63,872 nt of DNA, from positions 186,001-249,872 of the forward strand of contig JAXLNO010001025.1 in NCBI GenBank assembly GCA_038087875.1. Reading direction: 5' to 3'. Source of the DNA: Malacoraja senta (taxonomy: Eukaryota). The stretch's first letter is position 1. Every line of letters begins with the position of its first letter. Below, one piece after another: positions 37,280-47,632 of this stretch. A program made the position numbers and the translations under genes. The notes beneath the pieces were generated by a model. The model was not told the DNA's origin. It was given only the letters and a program-made list of their open reading frames with translations, and did no database searches.

Positions 37280-38230
37280 TGATTTGAGTTTAGAAGAATG
37301 AGGGGCGAACTCATTGAAACATACAGAGTAGTGAAAAGGCTTGGATCGAGTGGATGTGGAGAGGATGTTTCCATAGTGGGAGAGTCTAGGACTAGAGGTC
37401 ATAGCCTCAGAATTAAAGGATGTTCTTTTAGTGTGGAAATGAGGGGAAATTTCTTCAGTCGGTGGTGAATCTGTGGAATTCTTTGCCATGGAGGGCAGTG
37501 GAGGCCAAATCAGTGGATATTTTTAAGGCAGAGATAGATAGATTCTTGATTAGTACGGGTGTCAGAGGTTATGTGGAGAAGGCAGGAGAATGGGGTTTGG
37601 AGGGAGAGATAGATCAGCCATGATGGACCAAGTGGCCCCATTCTACTCCTATCACTTATGGCCATATGATTTTAAAGATCCTACCCTTGTTCTAATCTCC
37701 CTTTTCCAATAATTCTAATGAGCTTTGCAGATGCCTTCAGTTACAGCTTATAGTCACACAGTCACGGAGTGTGGAAACAGGCCCAACTTGGCCACACCGG
37801 CCAACATGTCCCACGTCTCTGCATTTGGTCCATATCCCTCCAAACCTGTCCTATCCATGTACCTATCTAACTGCTTCTTAAACCTCAAATACCTCCTCTG
37901 GCAGCTTGTTCCATACACCCACAACCCTTTGTTTGAAAAAGGTAGTCCTCAGATTTATATTAAATCTTTTCCCCTCACCGTAAACCTATGTCCTCTGGTC
38001 CTCGATTCCCCTACTCTGGGCAAGAGTCTCTGTGTATCTACCCAATCTATTCCTCTGATGATTTTATACACCTCTATAAGATCATCCCTCATCCTTCTGC
38101 GCTTCAGGGAATAGTGTCCCAGCCAACACAACCTCTCCCTATAGCTCAGACCCTCGAGTCCTGGCAACATTCTTGTAAAACATCTCTGTACCCTTTCCTA
38201 TAACATGGTGCCCAGAACTGAACACAATAC
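37280..38230. mobile_element. Two CR1 3' fragments in opposite orientation (37280-37670 plus; about 37830-38230 minus)
   Basis: LGLYSL.R.R.RGDLIE-type motifs and CR1 tails. Confidence 0.8.
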
Positions 38231-38794
38231 TCTAAATATTTGGTCTTTGGTCATCTTCAATTTGAATCACTAAAATGGTAACTGTTACTTATATTAAGTT
38301 TTCTTTTCTCAGTGCTGTTAAGGCAAGCTTGCACTGATGATACTGCAAGAAGTAATGAATAGCTCTGGCCTCAGCGCAAGAGACCCGGGTTTGATCCTGA
38401 CCCCAGATGCTATCAGTGTGCAGTTTGTACGTTCACCCTGTGGTTTTCCACTGGGTGTTCCAGTTTCCTCCCACATCCCTAAGACGGGCGGGTTTGTAGG
38501 TTATTTGGCCCTCTGTAAAGAGCCTCCAGTGTCTAGGGAGTGCATGAGAAAGTTGGATAACATGGAACTAGTATGAATGGGTGATCGATGGTTGGTGTGA
38601 AGATAGTGGGCTGAAGAGCTTGTTTCTATGCTGTATCTCTAAAACTAATGTCCACCAATTTACTTTTGTTAATTACTTCCAGCATGTTTATTGCTGCTTT
38701 TTTTTGGTGAAAGTGACTTATTTGGAACTGCTGGGGCTTTTGAAGCTATTATGAGGGGAACACAATATGCATGGTGTGTAGGAAAGCTGTTCCA

Positions 38795-39250
38795 GATGTC
38801 AACTTCTGTACATCGGTGAGACTCGACGATTGTTTTACTGAACACTTCCACTCAGTCCGCCTTAATCTACCTGATCTCCCGGTTGCTCAACACTTTAACT
38901 CCCCCTCCCATTCCCAACCTGACCTTTCTGGCCTGGGCCTCCTCCATTGTCAGAATGAGGCCCAGCACAAATTGGAGGAACAGCACCTCATATTTTGCTT
39001 GGGCAGCTTACACCCAAGCGGTATGGACATTGACTTCTCTAACTTCAAATAGCCCTTGCTTTCCTTCTCTCTCCATCTCCTTCCCAGTTCTTCCACCAGT
39101 TTTACTGTCTCCAACTACATACTATCTCTATCTCACTCACTTCCCTGACATCAGTCTGAAGAAGGGTCTCTACCCGAAATATCGCCCATTCCTTCTCTCC
39201 AGAGATGCTGCCTGTTCTGCTGAATTACTCCAGCATTTTGTGTCTACAAT
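38795..39250 (+). mobile_element. Penelope-like element 3' fragment (GIY-YIG C-terminal part and terminal repeat)
   Basis: ORF 38771-39052 ...FTEHFHSVRLNLPDLPVAQHFNSPSHS...LEEQHLIF.LGSLHPSGMDIDFSNFK, followed by ctgaagaagggtc. Confidence 0.85.
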
Positions 39251-40605
39251 ATGCAGAGTAATAATTCACAGTTACTTACAGAGCAGAGTAATCCCTTTGA
39301 CAACACAATGGAGTGGGAGAATGCCAAGAGTACTGTGATCCATAGTGAAATGCTTGTTACCATTTTGGTACAGTGTATTTTATACATGCCATTTGATATA
39401 ACGAAAGATAACATGGCATATTGAAGGCTTGCAACCCAAAGAGCCAAAAGCATTTCAGTGAGAATTTGTAGTGAGCTTTCATACATCAAGGAAATACTAT
39501 ATATTTAAAAATGTTTTGTATAATTTATTTTTGAATGCTTCATAAAGTCAGGGCAATCAAAATCTTTCCATGTCCTTGACAACAAGAAAAGCTGGCGCTG
39601 TCTTGCTAGTTATCAGATATTAGGGCGGCACAGTGGTAGAGCTGCTGTCTTATAGTGTCAAAGACCTGGGTTCAATCCTGACTACAGGTGCCGTGTGTAG
39701 AAGTTTGTATGTTCTCCCCATGACCGTGTGGGTTTTCTCCGGGTGCTCTGGTTTCCTTCCACATTCCAAAGACATACAGGTTTCTAGGTTAATCGGCTTT
39801 GGTAAAAATTGTAAATTGACCCTAGTGTGTAGGATAGTGCTAGTGTAAGGAGTTAAACGCTGGTCGGCGCTAACTCAGTGGGCCGAAGGACCTGTTTCCG
39901 TACTGTATCTCAAGTCTAAATCAGAGTTTTATTTTATCTGATTTGTGGGTAGGGTTGTTAAGACCTGCCCACGATGCATGCTGCCACTCTGGGTCCTGTC
40001 TTTTCAGATACGTAGCTTGTTTCCCTGCAAGTTGGGGACAGGGATTTATACCTCAGAGAGAACACTAGCATCCTACAAGTTTCAGTTCTGTATCTTTAGT
40101 TGCCGATGTAAAATTGATTGTAATCATGTATAGTCTTTTCACTGACTGGATAGCAGGCAACAAAAAAGCGTTTCACCGTACCTCGGTACAAATGGTACTA
40201 AACTATATTCAACTAAATACGGCTTTGGGAAGATTTCAGGACAAGCCCAACTAACACAACATAATACTAAGTAAATAATGTGAAGAAAACTCAATAACAT
40301 ATTCATTTAATAAAAGTACAACATGGAAACTGGCCCTTCGCCTACTGAGTCCACACCGACCATTGATCACCCGTTCACCTTTGTTATCCCACTTTTGCAT
40401 TCACTATACCAGCTGCCCTCAAAGGGATTTGAGAAAACAAAATCACTGGACCATTTCCTGAGATTATTTGACTTATTAAAGGACTAGAATGGTTAAAAGT
40501 GAATGTGAAAAATCCTCCACATTAACTTTGTTTCCCTTTGCAGAGTCACTACTGTTTTCTAGCGTTTTCTGTTTTAATTGCAAAAAATTGTCCTGCGTCC
40601 CCCAG

Positions 40606-40757
40606 AATCACCTGAAGGACATCCTAGCGGCAGTGATATCCAGGAGAAGATCATACCGTTTACGTGACGGCCATTTTAAATATGCGTTTGGAAGTAACAT
40701 CAATCCCCAGCCATATTTAAAGAACAGCATTATTGCGTACAACAACATTATTGAATG
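40606..40757 (+). CDS. TADA1: TADA1 exon (equivalent to human exon 6), intact: [50 protein letters not shown]
   Basis: gtcccccag|AAT CAC CTG AAG...GAA TG|gtaagg; 152 nt. Closely matches the recalled vertebrate TADA1 peptide. Confidence 0.95.
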
Positions 40758-40774
40758 GTAAGGAATATGTCAAA

Positions 40775-41010
40775 TGTATATTGACATGCTAATTTGTTGA
40801 AGAAAATATTATGGGAAAAAAAAGAAAATTAACATGTATTTGTGAGAGAAATCCCTAAAGGTTCATTGACATTAATTTGTTGAAGAAAATATAAATAAGA
40901 AAAACACTTAATATGTACTTGTGAGAGAAATCCATATTTAATTTGTTCAAGAAAATATAGATAGGAAAGTAAAAGGTTTACGTGTATTTGTGAGAGAAAG
41001 CCATAAAAGT
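40775..41010. repeat. Three degenerate AT-rich tandem units of about 65-80 bp
   Basis: taatttgtt(g/c)aagaaaatat...tgta(t/c)ttgtgagagaaa repeated three times. Confidence 0.8.
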
Positions 41011-42260
41011 TCACAAATAATGGTTTTGTCAGCTCAATCTCTGCAGTTATTTTAATCTTGTCATGTAATAATTGTTTTTCCCTCAGTTCATCTGCAATAT
41101 AAATAGTTGCTGACTCCTCCAGCCAGCTGTGTTGTAGTATAAGGCATAGGTTTGGAATGTATATCTTTCATTCAGTCAATTTGTGTTTTGTTCCCAGCTT
41201 CAGAATCAATTAGACTTTGCGGTGACCTTTTTAAATTCAGGGGTTGAAATCGACCTCTGGATTACTTGAGTTCCTTGTTCAGGAAGCCAGTGATTCATCG
41301 GATGAGTTGAAAGGCCACTGACAAAACATTTTGGGGTTTCTGGCACAGTCCTCAGTTACGCCCCTACCTCCGCTCAGCTACCTCCCCTACTCCCTCCCTT
41401 CCACTTCTCAGAAGTAAAGGAAGTTAAACTGGCATGGTATGGGGTGGTACTTTATTTATCCCATGTACCGAGTACAGTGAAATTCATTTTTGTATACAGT
41501 TCAGTACGTATCACCATACATAAGCACTTAGATACATGTTAGATAAGCATCTCAGGTAGAGTACAAGTGCGTAGCAGTAATGCACTGAGACAGTACACAG
41601 AGTCGCCAGTTTGGCCCCATTTTCAAGTCCCAGTTGTTGTAAGTGCAGGGATCTTGCCCAGACCATGAAGCTCTGTTGTCCAGGCGGCGTTGCAGGGTCG
41701 GCCTGGCCAAGCGTAGCCATTGCTGCTGTAGGCCGTGTGTGGTCCACATGCTTATTATATGTGCTTTCTGAAGCTGCAGGTGAATTATACACGTTGCCAC
41801 ATATTGTGCTGCTGTAACGCTTCACTCCACTCTCTTTCCCTCTGAGAAGCAAAGGAATTTAAACTACAGATCATTATGTGTGCTGGTCTCATGGAATGAC
41901 AGAGCTGTCTTTTGAGGAAAGATTTCGTGAATTGGACTTATTTTCGCTCTAGTTTAAATGAGTGAGAGGTTTAGTTTAGTTTAAAGATACAGTGTGGAAG
42001 CAGACCCTTCAGCCCATGGAGTCCGCACAGACCAATAATCACCCATGCACCAATCCTAAGTTATCCCAGTTTCGCATCCTACACACGGTAATATTGGGCA
42101 TTTTGGGTGCCTGACAAAATGGGGGATTTCTGCTTTTGTAAAGCCCGCTTGACATCTTATGCAAAAGCTGGAAAGACCATGAGGATCACGGCTCCAGAGT
42201 GTCTGTGGCCTGGGACGAGGTTGAATAAAGGTTGATGTCCACATGGCCTTTAATTGTTAA

Positions 42261-42720
42261 CTAGACTAAGTGGGACCTGTTGGGTCCCATGTACACACAG
42301 GAGGGCTGGTCCCCCAACGCAATATTCCACCTCTCCACCAATTCCAATATTGGTGGCCAGTGGGGGGAGGGGGCTTTCTGGAGCGCTAGTATGGGTGTTG
42401 TGGGCTGAAGGGACTGGTTTCAAGAGGGCTAGTATGGACGTTGTGGGCCGAATGGATTCTTGGGCTGGCAGCTCAGTCACTCGGGCCTGGTGGGCTGGCA
42501 ACTCAGCCACTCAGGCCTGGTGGGCTGGCAGCTCAGTCACTCAGGCCTGGTGGGCTGGCAGCTCAGTCACTCAGGCCTAGAGGGCTGGCAGCTCAGTCAC
42601 TCAGGCCTGTGGGCTGGCAACTCAGTCACTCAGGCCTGGTGGGCTGGCAGCTCAGTCACTCAGGCCTGGTGGGCTGGCAGTTCAGAAACTGCCAGAAATT
42701 CTGCCCAAAACAGGTGAGAG
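42261..42720 (-). mobile_element. Helitron 3' fragment carrying a 30-bp minisatellite (42461-42682, about 7.5 copies)
   Basis: Minus strand gggacccaacaggtccc hairpin, then acttagt, then CTAG|t. Repeat unit tgggctggcagctcagtcactcaggcctgg. Confidence 0.7.
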
Positions 42721-42744
42721 ACTGTGAGAGACCTACCTCATTGG

Positions 42745-44363
42745 CAGGGCCGGATTACGTATCAGCTTCACAAGCTTAAGCCTAGGGCCTCGAGATCTAG
42801 GGGGTCCTCGGCAGGGCCGGATTTACCTATAGGCTGAAGCCTAGAGCCTCTAAATCTAAGGGGCCTCCAGCCAAGGTGTTTTTTTCCAAGAGTAAAAAAA
42901 ATCCCAAGAAAAAAAAGATTGGAGCGCTATCAGCGTTTCCACTTTGACGGAAATTACCCGAAATTCTGGTTGACTGGAAATTTTAGGGAAAAAAATTGCG
43001 ACCATCTGTGCCTGCGCAGTTGGGAGAAGCCGGTGACGCAGCAGCAACGCAAAATGACGCTGTCTCTCCGCGCGTGCGCAGTGGGCCCGGGCGGGTTCAG
43101 ATCTCCATTTGCACTCCATACAATCACCTCGATGCCTCGAATCTACCAAAAATCCTAGGTGTCATCTCCAGGTAAGTAGCGGAATATTGCGTTGCGGGAG
43201 TGCCCGTTCCTCTGAGCCAGGGGGGGGGGGCTGCCGTGTCTGCGGCGCGGAGTCGGAGCCTCGCTGCATGGGAGGGAGAGAGAGGGGGGGAGAGAGAACG
43301 AGGGGAGGGGGGAGGGGGAGAGTGGAGGGAGAGTGGAGGGAGAGTGGAGGGAGAGGGAGGGAGAGGGAGGGAGAGGGAGGGGGAGGGAGGGAGAGGGAAG
43401 GAGGAGGGGGGAGAGGGAAAGGGGGATTATCTTTAGTGAGATTGCAAAATTAATGTAGGTTTTAGAGTAATTATATTTTCTCCTCCATGTGAATATCAAA
43501 CAATTGGAATTGCTTTCTTTTCCTTGACAACAATACTGAAAAATATGAATTCCATAGTTTGCAACTTTCATTTTGCATCATATTTTAATGTGCACACTGA
43601 CACATTTGAACAGTAACAGGCAATCAAATCAACACACAAAACATTTTCTTAAAAATGGTTTTATTTTATTTTACATAACATTTTACAGTACAACTTGATT
43701 ATTAAAACAAGGACAGCTTCAATCTTGGTTTGAAAAAATGTATACAACAATGACCCCAATCATCCCATTCCAACCACTCATTACTCTTGACTCAAGCAAA
43801 ATTATTTCTGAAAATATTGGTGATAAATTACGTGCAAAAATGCTCCAAAATAAGGCTCAGATGGACCAGAGAGCATCTAAAACCCCAGAACTTCTAGGGC
43901 GCTTAAGCGAGCCCTGGACCTGGGCCGCAAGGGTCTTTGAGCTTCGCGCTTGTGATATGTGCTGCGTACACTTATTTCACATGAAACGTTTGTAATCGTG
44001 CCATGTAATCCCCCCCTTTTTGAAAAGCTTTGTACGGGCCTGGTGTATAATATTTTTGACACTGTCATAGGCATTTTTTACATACATTGTCATAACGCAC
44101 TGCAGTCTCTAAACAACACTTCAGTAATTTTCCTTGCCCTACATTTCAGAATAATAGTGTTTTAAGCCAATAACTCAACACTAGCACTGGCAATAAATAA
44201 AAAGCGCAGCTTTCCAGCCCTTATCTCATTGGCCACGCTCGGCTGCACATCGGTGTCAATCTGGTGGACTCTTCCAACTTCCTCTCGTCGTGGGGGTAGG
44301 GGATTGGGAGGGGCCTCACAAGTGGAATCGCCTAGCGCCTCTCTTCGTCTAAATCCGGCCCTG
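42745..44363 (+). mobile_element. Complete non-autonomous hAT element, 1619 bp
   Basis: TIR CAGGGCCGGATT...AATCCGGCCCTG with a perfect 8-bp TSD CTCATTGG (42737-42744 and 44364-44371). No transposase ORF recognised. Confidence 0.92.
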
Positions 44364-44454
44364 CTCATTGGTAACCCTTGATCGGACTTTGCTGGCTTTA
44401 TCTTCCACTAAACGTTATTCCCTTACCATGTATCTATACACTGTTCCCTTACTA

Positions 44455-45500
44455 TTCACAATGGCAGGCAGTGACTAGTGGGGTACCGCAAGGCTCAGTG
44501 CTGGGACACCAGCTATTTACAATTTATATTAATGAGCTGGATGAGGGAATTGAAGGCAACATCTCCAAGTTTGCGGATGACACTAAGCTGGGGGGCAGTG
44601 TTAGCTGTGAGGAGGATGCTAGGAGACTGCAAGGTGACTTGGATAGGCTGGGTGAGTGGGCAAATGTTTGGCAGATGCAGTATAATGTGGATAAATGTGA
44701 GGTTATCCACTTTGGTGGCAAAAACGGGAAGGCAGACTATTATCTAAATGGTGGCCGATTAGGAAATGGGGAGATGCAGCGAGACCTGGGTGTCATGGTA
44801 CACCAGTCATTGAAAGTAGGCATGCAGGTGCAGCAGGCAGTGAAGAAAGCGAATGGTATGTTAGCTTTCATAGCAAAAGGATTTGAGTATAGGAGCAGGG
44901 AGGTTCTACTGCAGTTGTACAGGGCCTTGGTGAGACCACACCTGGAGTATTGCGTACAGTTTTGGTCTCCAAATCTGAGGAAGAACATTATTGCCATAGA
45001 GGGAGTGCAGAGAAGGTTCACCAGACTGATTCCTGGGATGTCAGGACTTTCATATGAAGAAAGACTGGATAGACTCGGCTTATACTCGCTAGAATTTAGG
45101 AGATTGAGAGGGGATCTTATAGAAACTTACAAAATTCTTATGGGTTTGGACATGCTAGATGCAGGAAGATTGTTCCCGATGTTGGGGAAGTCCAGGACAA
45201 GGGGTCACAGCTTAAGGATAAGGGGGAAATCCTTTAAGACCGAGATGAGAAAAACATTTTTCACACAGAGAGTGGTGAATCTCTGGAATTCTCTGCCACA
45301 GAATGTAGTTGAGGCCAGTTCATTGGCTATATTTAAGAGGGAGTTAGATGTGGCCCTTGTGGCTAAAGGGATCAGGGGGTATGGAGAGAAGGCAGGTACG
45401 GGATACTGAGTTGAATGATCAGCCATGATCATATTGAATGGCGGTGCAGGCTTGAAGGGCCGAATGGCCTACTCCTGCACCTATTTTCTATGTATCTATG
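44455..45500 (+). mobile_element. Young 5'-truncated CR1 with an uninterrupted RT C-terminal frame
   Basis: ORF 44378-45409 is open through VPQGSVLG, FADDTKL and RPHLEY to the natural stop, followed by the tail. Confidence 0.95.
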
Positions 45501-46669
45501 TAAATGGCTCGATTGTAATCATGTATTGTCTTTCTGCTAACTGTTTTTAGCACACGACAAAAAGCTTATCTCTGTACACGTGACAATAAACTCAACTGAA
45601 CTGTGTAAGATTGCAGGTTTGTAAACCATCATAATCAGAGGTGACCTCATAATGTGCCTGGCTGGTGACCTCACAGTGAACTGCATCCGTAACCATGAGA
45701 GACAGGCTCCATTTCATCTGTCAACTTGGCAAACTGGCTCCATTTCATCTGTGATCTTGGAGTGGGTACGCAATACCCCTATTGCCAGGTATAGAAACAG
45801 CCAGCAGCTACTAGAGGTGGAAACTCTAACCTTCGCGGAGTGAATCAATAACCCAAGCAAGGAGTTTCGAGAATGCCGGAGACAAAGGACAGCGTCACGC
45901 AGACTTACAAGAGGAGATCTAAGGTAGATCTGAATCTGTTAATAGACCAAGATAAAAGGTGGAGTGACTCGGCAGGTCTTATTATTAAACTGTGACCCCT
46001 GGTACTGGACTCCCCCCTACATCGGGTCATAGGGACGTAGGGGTCTTCTGCCACCTCTGATCTTTTCTTTATGGGAGAGAATCCAATCCATCCAGTGACA
46101 ACCCTGTCTCCTGTCTCCAACATTCCCCCACCTTCTCCCATCACCACCCCCCCCAGCCTTCTACTCTCTCTGGACCTTTTTATATCCACTGTGGGTGCAA
46201 CAACTGTCTTGGCTTCTCTACGCCACTGGCCCACTAAAACCAGAAGGGTCCCGACCTGAAACGACAAATGTCAAGGAGCATCTCTGGAGAACATGGATCG
46301 GTGACGTTTCACAAAGTGCTGGAGTAACTCAGCGGGTCAGGCAGCATCTCTGTTGAACTTGGATAGGTGATGTTTCACAGGACAATGAAGCTAGTTGGAG
46401 AACTAGGGTGGGGGAGGGATGGAGAGAGAGGGAAAGTAAGGGTTACTTGAAGTTGGAGAAATCAATATTCATATCGCTAAGTTGTAATCTACCTGTCCCG
46501 CTGAGTTTCTCCAGCATTTTGTGTCTATCTTCAGTATAAACCAGCATCTGCTGTTCCTGCACATTTTGTCTTGCCCACATTGACCAAGATGCTCCATCTA
46601 CACCAGTCCCACTTGCTCCATATCTATCCATACCTATCCTATCCATGTCAAGAGTGTTTTATTGTCATG

Positions 46670-47632
46670 CTAGACTAAGTGGAACCCGTTTGGTCCCAGT
46701 CACACGGGAGGCCTGGTCCCCCAAGGCAATATTCCACCACTCACCTATCCCCCCCAACGCAACGGCGGGAACGTTCTGTAGCCAGCGGACAGGGACGGCC
46801 TCCGGCGGGGAGCGTCCTGCAGCCAGGGAGGGTGACGGCTTCAGGCGGGGGGGTGTGTGGGGGGAGGGGAAATGTGTGTGGGGGGAGAGAGGGTTGGGTG
46901 GGGAGAGAGGGTTGGGTGGGGGGAGAGGGGGGTGGGCGTGGGGAGAGGGGGTTGGGAGGGGGTGTGGGTAGTTGTAGGATGTGGGTCAGGGGGATGGTGG
47001 GGTAAGGGAGGGGGTGTATGTGGGAGGGGGTGCTGTGGGCCCCCGCTCGCAGAACTCAGCCCCCGCTCGTAGAACTCAGCCCCCGCTCGTAGAACTCAGC
47101 CCCCGCTCGTAGTACTCAGCCCCCGCTCGCAGAACAGAACACAGCCCCCGCTCGCAGAACACAGAACCTGCTCGTAGAACACAGCCCCCGCTCACAGAAC
47201 AGAACACAGAGCCCGCTCGCAGAACACAGACCACGCTCGCAGTACAGAACAAAGCCCCTGCTCGTAGAACAGAATACAGCCACCGCTCGCTGAACTCAGC
47301 CCCCGCTTGCAGAACAGAACACAGACCCCGCTCGCAGAACAGAGCACAGACCCTACTCGCAGAACACAGACCCCGCTGGCACTTTGCTCACTATGCTCAT
47401 TCAGCTTTATTCTTGCGGCTGGTGATTGATAGCGGCTGCCGGAAGGGGGGTCGCCGTCCTGGCGAATAACAAATCAATAACTTTCCTAATATTTCACCGA
47501 TCGGAACAAAACGTATTTGACGCAGCAGAGCAGAATGGTGAGTAAGGTGATATGGGGGATCGTTTTTTGCGCAAGTTTAATTACAACGCAGACTGGAAGT
47601 GGTCAAGTTGAGAGATTTAGTAGTAGTATAGA
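46670..47632 (-). mobile_element. Complete non-autonomous Helitron (963 bp) with a G-rich tract and a 20-25-bp minisatellite (47040-47378)
   Basis: Minus strand a|TCTATACTACTA 5' end; 3' gggaccaaacgggttcc hairpin, then acttagt, then CTAG. No TSD. Confidence 0.75.

Larger units (their letters stand above)
19430..41841 (-). pseudogene. Unidentified decayed multi-exon gene (or spliced lncRNA); candidate exons 41664-41841, 41227-41317, 35710-35824, 29757-29810, 27490-27534, 26269-26424, 21351-21441, 21040-21103 and about 19430-19574
   Basis: Most candidates have a pyrimidine-rich ...AG acceptor and a GT donor (GTAAGT, GTGAGT or GTATGA in four of them). Intron phases chain 2-0-1-1-1-1-2. Single in-frame stops occur in several exons. 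Protein not recognised. Confidence 0.45.

Noticed and set aside
41765-41790. tatgtgctttctgaagctgcag|gt resembling the end of TADA1 exon 7 (YDLFEALQ)
   Set aside because: The upstream sequence shows no similarity to the rest of exon 7 in any frame, and the region reads better as a minus-strand exon.
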